Source: Chrysomallon squamiferum
Taxonomy: Eukaryota; Animalia; Mollusca
NCBI GenBank assembly: GCA_012295275.1
Contig: CM022677.1
Span: forward strand, 13,206,001-13,270,000
Direction of reading: 5' to 3'
DNA: 64,000 nucleotides
Shown here one piece after another: positions 15,152-25,775 of the stretch. Below the pieces are notes generated by a model that was not told where the DNA came from, did no database searches, and saw only the letters and a program-made list of their open reading frames with translations. The translations under genes were made by a program, and so were the position numbers. The first letter of the stretch is position 1. Each line of letters opens with the position of its first letter.

Positions 15152-16143
15152 GCTGTTGTTTTAATACTAATACTAATAATAATAATTATTATTATTTTAT
15201 TATCATTCGGTTATTATTGTTATTATTATTGCTGTTATTATTTGTTGTTGTTGACTGATTCATTATTATTATATATATATTTTTATATTATTATTATTAT
15301 TATTTTATTATTCTTATTCTTTCTTCTTCTTCTTATTATTATTATTATAAAAAGGAAAAGACGTGCAGATGTGATTTTATGAGTTTCTGTAGTTACAGGA
15401 TAAATAAATTGTTGGGGAAAGTATAATCTACTTAATCACATAATCGAAAGAGAAATAACAAAGTAAAGTATTCGGAACGGAAAATTAATCGTGTTCTCTG
15501 TAACTTATTAATTTCTCACAAAGTACATTTAATTTATGCACCCCACAACAGTAAACGCCATGAAGGAAATACATTTGTAAAGTGGGATTTATGTTTTGAA
15601 ATTTCAAAAATCATGTCTCAAATTCACCCTAGCATGCAGAGTTCCCGTGAATATTATTGGTTTTTTTTACATTGTTTTGCATGTTATTATTATGTTATAA
15701 TTCATTCATACAAGAATAATAATAATGAATCAATTAGAGAATATGCATGACGTCACTGCCACATAATCCCGAAGTATCGCTTCGAGACTATATTGAAAGC
15801 GCTCGATCCGGGGACACCTTAAGAATTGCTGTAATTAAGAACGTATTTAAAATTCGAACGCAATATATATATATTTATTTATTTTTTGAATGGATACTTG
15901 GTTTACATGACATTTTACTGTGCGTTAGTGTTCTCGTTCAGTTCGCTGTGGATTACCTCTGGACCGGTGAATTTAGCAGACGAACAAGGTAGGTTGAGTT
16001 TTGTTTACAAAATGACAGGAGGCTCAAAAACGCGCGCTTCGTTCTCCACGGTCAAGCGGCGTTTTTCACCTGGCAAATACAGCGTTTGTAATATTTGAAC
16101 GGGCCCTTAGTTTTAGTTTTATTTTTCATTTTAGGGATTAAAG

Positions 16144-16329
16144 CATGGGTGCGCAAACTGAGGCTGTGGGAAGGATGTCGCCTCATCGTTACAGAGATTC
16201 ACTGTTAGAAAATTAAGCAAGATCATATATGTTACGCTTTCAGATTTTACGTAATCACAATTGAAATTTGTGCGGCCAGTGAAGTTAAAGCGGAGCGGCC
16301 TGTAAGATCTGAAAGTTTGCGCAGCCCTG
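16144..16329. mobile_element. hAT-family MITE
   Basis: Imperfect TIRs catgggtgcgcaaact / agtttgcgcagccctg; degenerate 8 bp TSD gattaaag / gtttagag. Confidence 0.6.
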
Positions 16330-16734
16330 GTTTAGAGCGATGACTAGAGGGACACATGTAGTCTGTGTACTGAATTAGAGAAAAGCGAGAACGGTTAGAA
16401 AAGATACTGAATCACTGTCTTCATCTGCTTATTTTCTTAGACATATTCTTGTATAGAATGTAAACTTTACAATCTTATAATTAATATTTCAAAATAGCTT
16501 CTATCTCAACAACAACTATATTAATATATTAACAACTGAGAAATATAAAATTTAATTTGAAAAGTTGTATGAATGTAAACTCTGCTACAGTGTTGTATAG
16601 TTAATTATAGTGTTATGTTTAAGTGTACGTCACGCACCCTTTCTTTTGTTTCTTAATTCCTTCTGTTTATTCCTATCCTTCCTTCACCCCAGTCTTTAAC
16701 CATTCTTCTGTTTCTGTCTCCATTCCTTTAAAAA

Positions 16735-16827
<93 letters not shown>

Positions 16828-17660
16828 AACACACACAGATACACAGTCACCAAGAATCATATCTACACAAACAAGTCTCTGAAAATAACCATGTTGCCCA
16901 AATCCAATTTTTATTTTTAAAAAAATGTCCACCTACACCAGCACTTATCTACTGTTTTACTTTGATCTTACCCATCACTTCCCTGTCCCTAGAGAATTAA
17001 CCCTCCCCTCAAAAATATTCAACAGATCTGTATACCCTCCTCCATCATATATACATATAAATGTTTGTAATGTTAGAAATAAATTATCCGTAAAGAAAAC
17101 AAGCATTTTGTGGTTTTAAAATCAGTTTTATTTCAATTAATGGTTACAGAAGGTGGTAAATTTTAGTTTTTAAAATTACTTCATTTAATAATTGTTAACA
17201 CACTATTTCATTTAATAGAAAAATAGTAAAAAAAACAATAATTTCAAAAATCATTTTATTTCATATAACAATTAATTGTTTACAGAAAATATAAAAACAT
17301 GCATTAACTTTACATTATTTTATTTCATTTAATAATAAATTGTTTACAGAAAATAGTAAAAATAAATAACAAAATGGTTTTAAAAACTGGTTTTATTTCA
17401 TATTTAATTTTTACACTAAATAGAAAACAACAAAGTAATTTATAAAAATAGTTTCAGTTTACTTCATTTCACTTAAAGTTTATTAAAGTATTAGTAATAA
17501 AAATAAAAACAATTAAGTACTTAGCAGAAAACAACGACTAAGACTGAATGAATTTTAAAATAAGTTTAATGTTAATACATTTTTCATAATTATGAGAGAG
17601 AGAGAGATTGTTGTTGTTTTTTTATTATTATTTCTTACTCCTTTAAGTTCTGTTCTTGTT

Positions 17661-17707
<47 letters not shown>

Positions 17708-18597
17708 TTATTTTTTATTTATAAAGGAGTAATGTTGTCCTTGCTAGTAACTGTGGTGACTTAGTAGTTGGAAGTATGTTGGATATATTATGCATTTTGC
17801 AGTTTCTCATTGGGTTGTTTTTGTTTTGTTATTTCAATCACAATGAGGCCCAGTTTAGGTAGCAGAATAATTTCTGGTTTTGATGGTCTAGATCAGATAA
17901 TGTAATTAGAGATGGTTTTTATTGTTATTTATTTTAATGATGATTGTTATGAGGCTTTGTTTGGGTTATCAGATACTTAAATGTCTGTTGCAGATGTCTG
18001 TCAATGTACATCCACTCAATCATGAAGACAGTTATAACAAACAGTTAGATAACTGCTTCCATTGGTCAGCAAGAAAAAATATGTTATAAACACCTTCTCA
18101 TAGACAGTAAAACATCTGTCACAGATTTTGATCATTCATTCACTGAGTTCTACTCAGAACAGGAAAATCCTAATACTTACTGAGACAAAAACTTATCTTG
18201 TTGGTCAGATCTCACTGAAAAACAGTCACCTTCATTTTATTATCACTGTGAAATAAAAACACACCTTGTAATTTCACCTCCTCTATGCCTGTGTCTAACA
18301 AAGTGGAAATGTGCACATTATTTATAGTATTTTTGACAAACAAGTAATCTGAACATTGTTCAAAGTTCTTGTACCCTGAACATTTTCAGTAACCTCCCTT
18401 TGTTTAACTTTCACCAGTTACACCGATTCCCACCATCCATTTCAGAAAAGCTGGTGAACCACTGTTATTATTAATTATTATTATAATTAGTAGTAGTAGT
18501 AGTAGTAATACTACTATTATTGTTGTTACAGCTACTGCTACTAATACTGCTACACAAAATTATTATTATCTCTATTATTATTAGTAGTAATAGTAGC

Positions 18598-18631
<34 letters not shown>

Positions 18632-18731
18632 CTGTATTGATATTGTTCTTATTATTGTTATTATTATTATTATTATTATGTATTATTATCTGTTCTTATT
18701 ATTGTTTTTATTATTACTATTATTATTATTA

Positions 18732-18765
<34 letters not shown>

Positions 18766-18793
18766 CTGTTGTTGTTGATGGTATTGTTGTTGA

Positions 18794-18827
<34 letters not shown>

Positions 18828-18845
18828 GAGTAATCCATGGAGAGG

Positions 18846-19177
18846 AGTGTGCTGACTAGTGTGATGTGTGTTGTTTTGGAAAACTGCTGAACCAGTGCTG
18901 TCACCCCGAGTGTGCTGGGGGATGCAACTAGTGTGATGTGTGTTGTTTTGGAAAACTGCTGAACCAGTGCTGTCACCCCGAGTGTGCTGGGGGATGCAAC
19001 GGAACTAAGAACACTGACTGTCTGCTGAGTTGAACTTTGACCTCAAACTGAACAATAGCTTGCTTGACTGTATATGTAACTCTGTCTGTTGTTTGTAATT
19101 GCGTGTGTGTGTGTGTGCATTTGATACCCAAATTTATTAATATTAATAGTAATATTTATTATTATTATTGTATGTAC

Positions 19178-19252
<75 letters not shown>

Positions 19253-19435
19253 GTGGTACCTTGACATACAGGATTTTTTTTTTTTTTTTTTTTCAGTCTT
19301 GTCGTTTCCTCAATGAAGGTACCTGCGAGTCCTGCTGTCCCCAGCAGTATACACATGACCATGACCTTGATAAAATGGTGCTTATTCCAAAAGCCAAGTT
19401 CATATTAGGGTCCCTGTGTGTGAGGAGATGTCCAG
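18846..19435 (+). pseudogene. EGFR/ErbB-like furin-like cysteine-rich domain pseudo-exons (~18846-19026 and 19297-19435)
   Basis: [34 protein letters not shown], then after a tttcag acceptor SCRFLNEGTCESCCPQQY...KFILGSLCVRRCP|gt; matches EGFR domain II cysteine spacing. In-frame stop and a 72 bp tandem duplication (starts 18855 and 18927). Confidence 0.7.
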
Positions 19436-19529
19436 GTAAAAAACAAAGAGTGAAAATAGTAAAAATGTATTAATTATAAAAAATAACAACAACATAATCT
19501 GTTAAAAAAAGCCATATTTCTAGCAGCAG

Positions 19530-19830
19530 CAAACAACCACTATAAACAACACACGTACATCCAAAAACCCAGACAACAGGAGAGTAGGATTCGCCTTCAT
19601 AGTCCAAGATCACACAAACAAACCCACATGCATACAATTCGGCCGTATCACTAATCACCTTTCAGCATGCACGGCCGAATTCCAGCAGACCAGACCTACT
19701 CAGCAGAATACAACATCTACACGAGGACATACAACACAACAACAAACAACTAATCATCAAGTGGCTCCCAGCACATGTCAGCATCATCGGCAACGAACTT
19801 GCCGACCATTATGCCAAAGAGTCTCTCAGC
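19530..19830 (+). mobile_element. Non-LTR retrotransposon (LINE) RNase H fragment
   Basis: 19756 onward encodes IKWLPAHVSIIGNELADHYAKE (WxPxHxxIxGNExAD RNase H motif); upstream SKNPDNRRVGFAF resembles the RNase H N-terminal strands. Confidence 0.75.
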
Positions 19831-19868
19831 ATATTGTTCAGTTGATTATTATCAGTTGTTGAATTAGG

Positions 19869-20234
19869 ATGTTCACAGCTTTGGGTATAATTGCTACTGA
19901 AATCATTGAATTTGTGTTTGATACATCAGTGGAACTTGCTACATCAGCTATTATAGATTCTACCGCTCCAGCTATAGCCTAAATTGTTGGAGCTGATAGT
20001 GTATATCTACCTGAAGCGACTGCTATCGGACAAAGTATAGTTGAATCTTCTGTAGAAGGCACTGCTAGCTATACTAAAACTCAAATAAAGGACGCTTTGG
20101 ATCAATTCACTGATTTTGTGAATTCAAAAGATACAGCAGTAGATAATAACGTTTCATCTGAAGAACGAGATGAATTGGAAACTGAAGAGGACGAATACGT
20201 ATCATATATGCGTACTACTAGTCCAATTTCATGA
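19869..20234 (+). pseudogene. Unit 1 ORF1 (121 aa acidic protein), premature stop
   Basis: MFTALGIIATEIIEFVFD... homologous to 25410 and 36772 ORFs; TAA at ~19980. Confidence 0.85.
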
Positions 20235-22204
20235 ATAAAGGGAAACGTATATTAAACAAGAAAGACGTTACCAGACTTTTGGCTATAGCTAAAGCTAAAG
20301 CATTTGATATATTATCAGAGATAAATGTGCCGGTGGATCAGCGCCAAAACAGGTGGTTACAAATTCGACGTCAATATCCAAATTTACAGATTCCAAATCA
20401 AGATTTCTATTCGGCAATACAAAATATTCGGAACGAATATAACCATATTGAAGATCAAGACAAAGAGGACCCTTTTAATACGCCTATATATCCAGAAGAT
20501 GAACAAGCATTAAAAGCATCAGAACAACAAGGCATGAAACGACAAAACATCGAACCTGGAGGAGAATCTAGCTCCAAAGTTCCTAATAATAATCAACTAT
20601 CACAAGATATATTCCAAAGGAACGTATCTTCAACCTCAAGAGTCCGTAATGGAACCTGATTCTATCATGAACGAAGAGGTAACTGATACGTCTGGAGTTA
20701 ATCCGAGGTATATTACCATTAAAAAAAACATTTAAACGAACATTCACTAGTGAGATTAATTTCTCTAAGCAAAGAAAAGCTACTATGTCAATTATAGATA
20801 ATGCAACAGATGCTTCAGCATGGAAAAATGCAATAGGTGATCCAAATGTGTGAATTTACATTCAATCATGGTGGTCACATTATACCTTATTGGTATAAAG
20901 CAGCTAGCACGAAGGCAGACGATTGGAATTTACCTGATGAGGTTGTAGGCTATAAAATTAAAAAATTCGGATTTAATATAAATAATATGATAATACATGT
21001 TTTAAATAATACTAAATCAGATCCAAATGAAGTACCAGTAATGGCACCTCCAAATGCACGAGTTTGGACATTTACATATATTTACAATGATTATGGATTA
21101 CCTGATAAACATTTGGACCTATCTCATAATAATCGATTCAAAGATGAAGAATGTATGGACAACACATCTCAAAGAAGCATACCGGTTCAACCAGATCATA
21201 AATTATATTTGCCTAGTGACATAGGTATGCAACTGTTAAACAGTGCTTGGAACGGTGAGGGTGCGACTTATACTGCCGAAACACCTAATTACATATACGA
21301 TATGAAAAAACACGATGGATATAGAGAAACAGTTATTAGTGCAGGTGGTTTCGGTTTGGATTATACATGTAAAGATTCACCTTTAGTTATATTTCCAGGA
21401 GAAACAAGTCATACATTAAACTTTACTCAAATTACTGGTATGGGTTAAGAACGATAGATATCAGTTAGCAACGAAAACAAAGCTAACTTAGAATGGCCTA
21501 CGAGTAACAGTAATGACACTTCTAAACATCCATTAGGGACTGCTATCACTACCTATTTTAACCATCAATACAGAAATGTACACTATTCAGCTTGTTATCA
21601 AAATAAAGCTGGTAAAGATTTAGGAGCACCATCGATGGCAGATGATGCTAGCACCAAACTAGGTAAAAGCAGTATATCTAGCAATGATTTAGATAATCCA
21701 AATGTGAACACGTGCATGGACGGTAAACACCGACGCACTTATCAATGCAATAGACCTCCTATGTTCCTAATAGGTTTATACCCTGATGTAGAGAAAACTA
21801 GCAACGGAGCTACATTATTATTTAATTACCATGCTAACATACAAATAACTTATTATAGCGAGGTTGAGTTTTTAGTCAGAACGGCCATGTGTCCAAAATA
21901 CATACCTATAGGTTTGGGTGGATGTCCGTCAGGTAATATGGCAGGACTCATTTTTAAATTGAACGATACTACACCTGTAGGAAATAAAGACAATGTGAAA
22001 CATACAGAACAAGATCAATTCTTAGATGAAACTGTAAAACAATATAAAGATCGAATCGAAAAAACATGGAAAATGAGAATATATGCCCCTATATGGAAAA
22101 ATTGGAATAAACGTAAAGCCAGACGACGATTTATCTGGCCAGTACACGGTGCTTATGGAGATAGAAGTGTACCTATTACAGGAGATTGGTCTTATCCAGT
22201 ATAA
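20231..22204 (+). pseudogene. Unit 1 putative capsid gene, disrupted
   Basis: ORF fragments 20231, 20837 and 21635 align to the 707 aa protein; deletions, frameshifts and a stop at 21446-21448. Confidence 0.85.
20325..20513 (+). CDS. Unit 1 overprinted small ORF in capsid N-terminus (62 aa)
   Basis: Homologous to 31773 and 37228 ORFs (GYKFDVNIQIYRFQIKISIRQYKIFG). Confidence 0.5.
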   Translation: MCRWISAKTGGYKFDVNIQIYRFQIKISIRQYKIFGTNITILKIKTKRTLLIRLYIQKMNKH

Positions 22205-22288
22205 AAACAAAAATAAATAAATGAAAATACTTTCTCATAGTTGCGTAAGAATACAGTTAAAAGTCTTTGTTAATATTTACGTTCATTT

Positions 22289-22350
22289 AGTCACGTAACA
22301 TTTATTACGTCATGTTTGTGACGTCATGTTCATAACGTTATAAATAAAAG
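22289..22350 (+). promoter_or_regulatory. Unit 1 internal NS1 promoter (ACGT/CRE cluster + TATA)
   Basis: gtcacgt, ttacgtca, tgacgtca, then tataaataaa; conserved in all five units. Confidence 0.65.
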
Positions 22351-22454
22351 ATCGTTCAGCGAAAAAATTACTCATTTGTTTGTTATCTGTTACATGAAAT
22401 TGAATGTTTTAAACAAACATATAAATTTAATTTTGATTGTCATCAGGATTAATA

Positions 22455-24248
22455 ATGGATAGATATGTTGAAACCGTTGGAGATAGTTATTATAGTGTGG
22501 TTATAGGACACACCAGTTACAACATGGTACACCCGAAATTTTTGGTACCCAGATCTCTAGCTAAAGACAAAGAAGGTAAATACGTTTACGCACCAGGCAA
22601 GAATTATATTAAAAGCTACCAGATGGATCAGCAAGACATATTAGACAAGACTTTGGATCATTGGGCCACGCCCAATTATGAATATCTGGCAAAAGGACAG
22701 GACAGAGTCGTGACAGAATTGAAATCCTTTATACGAAACAAGAACTGGAAGATACTATTAGTATATCATCAAAAAGATTGTCAAGTAGAAAGTAATTATC
22801 CTACTTATGGTTCTCACGTTCACATTATATGGAAAACTAACATGAAGACCCCATCACAAGATAGACAATACAGACGACTCCATCGTGCAATTTTAAATGA
22901 AAATGGATACATCAAGATTCGTAAATTGAAGGATCCACAATGTACATCTGTAGAAAACTACATGATGTATTTGATGAACGATTCGGAGATGATGTATTTA
23001 GGAACAAATGACGAAAAGATGCTACACATTTGGAACGAAACAGAAAAATGTTCCAAAGAGGAGGAAGAAGACTTAATGAACGTTCTGTTAGATTTTTTTG
23101 ACGATCAACCAATAAAAGATAACAGTACAATTATTTCCGATATCAAAGTGCCTGTGAGAAAGGAAGACGTCAATTCCAATAAGAGTGCAACATCATCTCC
23201 TGTCGTGAATCACGGCAAAAGAACATCTTCCGCAGCAGCTAAGATGGAGGAAGTGATGTTAGAAACTATACCTGAAGACGAAAACAGGATCAACTAGTTC
23301 CATCTCATCTGATAACGAACAAATCAGCTGATACATTTGACTTCTTTTATAAACTAATAGTTAAACATCCAGACGTGAACAAACTGAATTTGTTAATCAG
23401 CAAATATGACAGTAACAGTAACGAGTTTAAAGCTATATGTAATGCAGTAGCTAACAAATCAGGAGAAAAGCTATTCAAGGCTGCTAGATCGAAATACATG
23501 GAAGAGGAAGCAGACAAGAACGCATACGACCAGATTCTGTCATTATCGGAAAACATCGATAATTACATGACACCAGATGACAGTTTAAACCTACTGTCGA
23601 GCTAATCTATGCATGATCAACTCTAACAACCCGTTTGGAGACGGACTCACCTCTAGTCAGATCAGTATAATGAAAACCCGACTCTATTTTCTACAGGATT
23701 TAAAGAAAAGTGATACATTGAAGCAAGCCTATAATCTGATACATCCAGGATTATTCAAAATCGGTTTCAAACCTACAGAGGACGAAATGATGATAGCTTT
23801 GGAAAATGACAGGGAATATTTTAGACTAAAACATAATAGCAATATAAATGACAATACAGTCGACGGCAGGAATAGTTATTTCAGAGATAACTTTGATGAC
23901 AGTCAGACAGTCAGCGAGCCTACAACACATATACTTTGCAATTCATCACCTAACAAAAGAAAATATATCGAGATATCGTCAGACGATGACGAACCAGAAC
24001 AGGAAAATAATTATTGTGCTTCGCAGGATCTCTTCATACAGAGTCAGAAACGATTCAAAGGTGAATCTGATGAAAACAAAGGTAGTAAACGTAAATTAGA
24101 AGAAGAGGATGAACTGGTGTCTCCCACACCGCCTTCAAATAACAAAACATTAAAGATCTACATACCGGAATCTCAACCGTTCTACGACGACTTCACAGAA
24201 ACAATTCAAGAGACACAAATAGACATATTTAAACGTTATAAACAATAA
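22455..24248 (+). pseudogene. NS1: Unit 1 NS1, frameshifted and lacking the helicase core
   Basis: HUH motif GSHVHIIW present; frameshift ~23295; at ~23592 the sequence jumps from DDSLN to YCRANLCMINSNN, deleting Walker A and B. Confidence 0.85.
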
Positions 24249-24540
24249 AAATAAACATTAAAAGACATCAGTGCTGATTTATTGTTGTTACGTTGATATT
24301 AATGTTCACTAAAAGTTATTTCTTGAAATAAAATTATTTATTAAAATTAATTACCTTCGTTTAGTTAATTATTTAAATATAACGGAAATGACGTCATATA
24401 AAATAACGTCATTTAAAAAAACGGATATGACGTCATATCCGTTTAAATGATATACTCTTCAAAATAAAAAATAGGGGGGGGGTGTGAAAATGCAAGATAT
24501 GATAGATTATCAACTCTACTCTTGTTATTGTAAAAAAAAC

Positions 24541-24713
24541 AAAGTTCCTCACTACATGGCTTTTTAGCTTTTTGGCTTTTTGACCATAATGTACTTTTAA
24601 CATATGATCCTTCGGGTTCTGGCTACGCCCGAAGGAACGTTATCACCTTCGGGCTAAAAGTACATTATGGTCAAAAAGCCAAAAGGCTAAAAAGCCAGAT
24701 CATGAGGAACTTT
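24541..24713. repeat. Terminal hairpin, apex type A, orientation 1
   Basis: Arms tggctttttagctttttggctttttgaccataatgtactttta / taaaagtacattatggtcaaaaagccaaaaggctaaaaagcca around a GC-rich apex. Confidence 0.9.
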
Positions 24714-24727
24714 GCAATTTCAACCTA

Positions 24728-24969
24728 ACTCTTGTTATTGTAAAAAAAAAAAAAAAAGTTCACGTGGAGTGATCAATGAGATCTGGGGTGAATTTTTAGC
24801 TTTTTGGCTTTTTGACCATAATGTACTTTTAGCCCGAAGGTGATAACGTTCCTTCGGGCGAAGCCAGAACCCTAAGGATCATATGTTAAAAGTACATTAT
24901 GGTCAAAAAGCCAAAAAGCTAAAAAGCCAGATCATGAGGAACTTTTTTTTTTTTACAATAACAAGAGTT
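24728..24969. repeat. Terminal hairpin, apex type A, orientation 2; followed by an orphan half-arm (~24970-25050)
   Basis: Same arms; apex gcccgaaggtgataacgttccttcgggcgaagccagaaccctaaggatcatatgt is the reverse complement (2 mismatches) of the previous apex. Confidence 0.9.
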
Positions 24970-25061
24970 TAAAAGTACATTATGGTCAAAAGCCAAAAAG
25001 TAATTTTAAAAAAAGCCAGATCATGAGGAACTTTGTTTTTACAATAACAAAGGTTGCCCGT

Positions 25062-25292
25062 AACTCAACTCTTGTGTAATTTTTAAAAAACAAAGTATAA
25101 CTGTAATCGATTTTTGGTTTTGCGGTCTTAAAAGCCAATGTGTACTTTTAGCCCGAAGGTGACTAGCTCCTTCGGGCGTAGCCCGAGCCCTACGGTCATA
25201 AGCTAAAAGTACACATTGGCTTTTAAGACCGCAAAACCAAAAATCGATTACAGTTATACTTTGTTTTTTAAAAATTACACAAGAGTTGAGTT
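25062..25292. repeat. Left ITR hairpin of unit 2 (91 bp stem, apex type B)
   Basis: 25062-25152 pairs with 25202-25292; apex contains the sub-hairpin gcccgaagg...ccttcgggc. Confidence 0.95.
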
Positions 25293-25318
25293 GGGATATA
25301 TCATCATCTAGCATTTCT

Positions 25319-25362
25319 CACGTGACATATTACGTCATATCCGGTAGATATTATATATAATA
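25319..25362 (+). promoter_or_regulatory. Left promoter (E-box CACGTG, TTACGTCA, TATA-like)
   Basis: cacgtg...tacgtcatatcc...tata recurs at ~31237-31290 and ~36686-36725, upstream of ORF1. Confidence 0.6.
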
Positions 25363-25409
25363 TTTGTATATTATAATTTAATCATTATATGATAATATGT
25401 CAAGATAGG

Positions 25410-25775
25410 ATGTTCACAGCATTGGGATTAATAGCAACAGAATTAATAGAATACGCATTCGATGCATCTGTGGAACTTGCCACATCCGCTATATTAGATT
25501 CGACTACACCAGCTATAACTGAAATAATAGGGGCTGATAGTATATTATTAGACCCTGCTATAAATATAGGAACATCTGTAGTTGAATCGGCTGTTGAAGG
25601 TATATCTGATTATACTAAAAATCAGATTGAACAAGCAATTAATGAACTAGGGAATTTCGTAAATACAGAAGGAAAAGATATAGATACCGACGTCACACCC
25701 AATGAACGTAATCAGATAGAGGCTGAAGAAGACGAAAACGTATCATATATATTTACGCGTATACCGGTTTCATGA
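25410..25775 (+). CDS. Unit 2 ORF1, 121 aa acidic protein of unknown function
   Basis: Intact; conserved in four units; stop overlaps the next start (ATGA). Confidence 0.85.
   Translation: MFTALGLIATELIEYAFDASVELATSAILDSTTPAITEIIGADSILLDPAINIGTSVVESAVEGISDYTKNQIEQAINELGNFVNTEGKDIDTDVTPNERNQIEAEEDENVSYIFTRIPVS

Noticed and set aside
15740-16100. CpG-richer patch with a CRE and possible splice donor at ~15988
   Set aside because: Could be a host promoter or first exon, but no downstream coding exon could be linked to it.
24541-25292. Repeated hairpin arms as a CRISPR array or terminators
   Set aside because: Eukaryotic context, inverted rather than direct repeats, no unique spacers and no cas genes; explained as viral ITRs.
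25039-25314. 91 aa minus-strand ORF
   Set aside because: Lies entirely within the palindromic ITR and is not conserved in the other hairpins.
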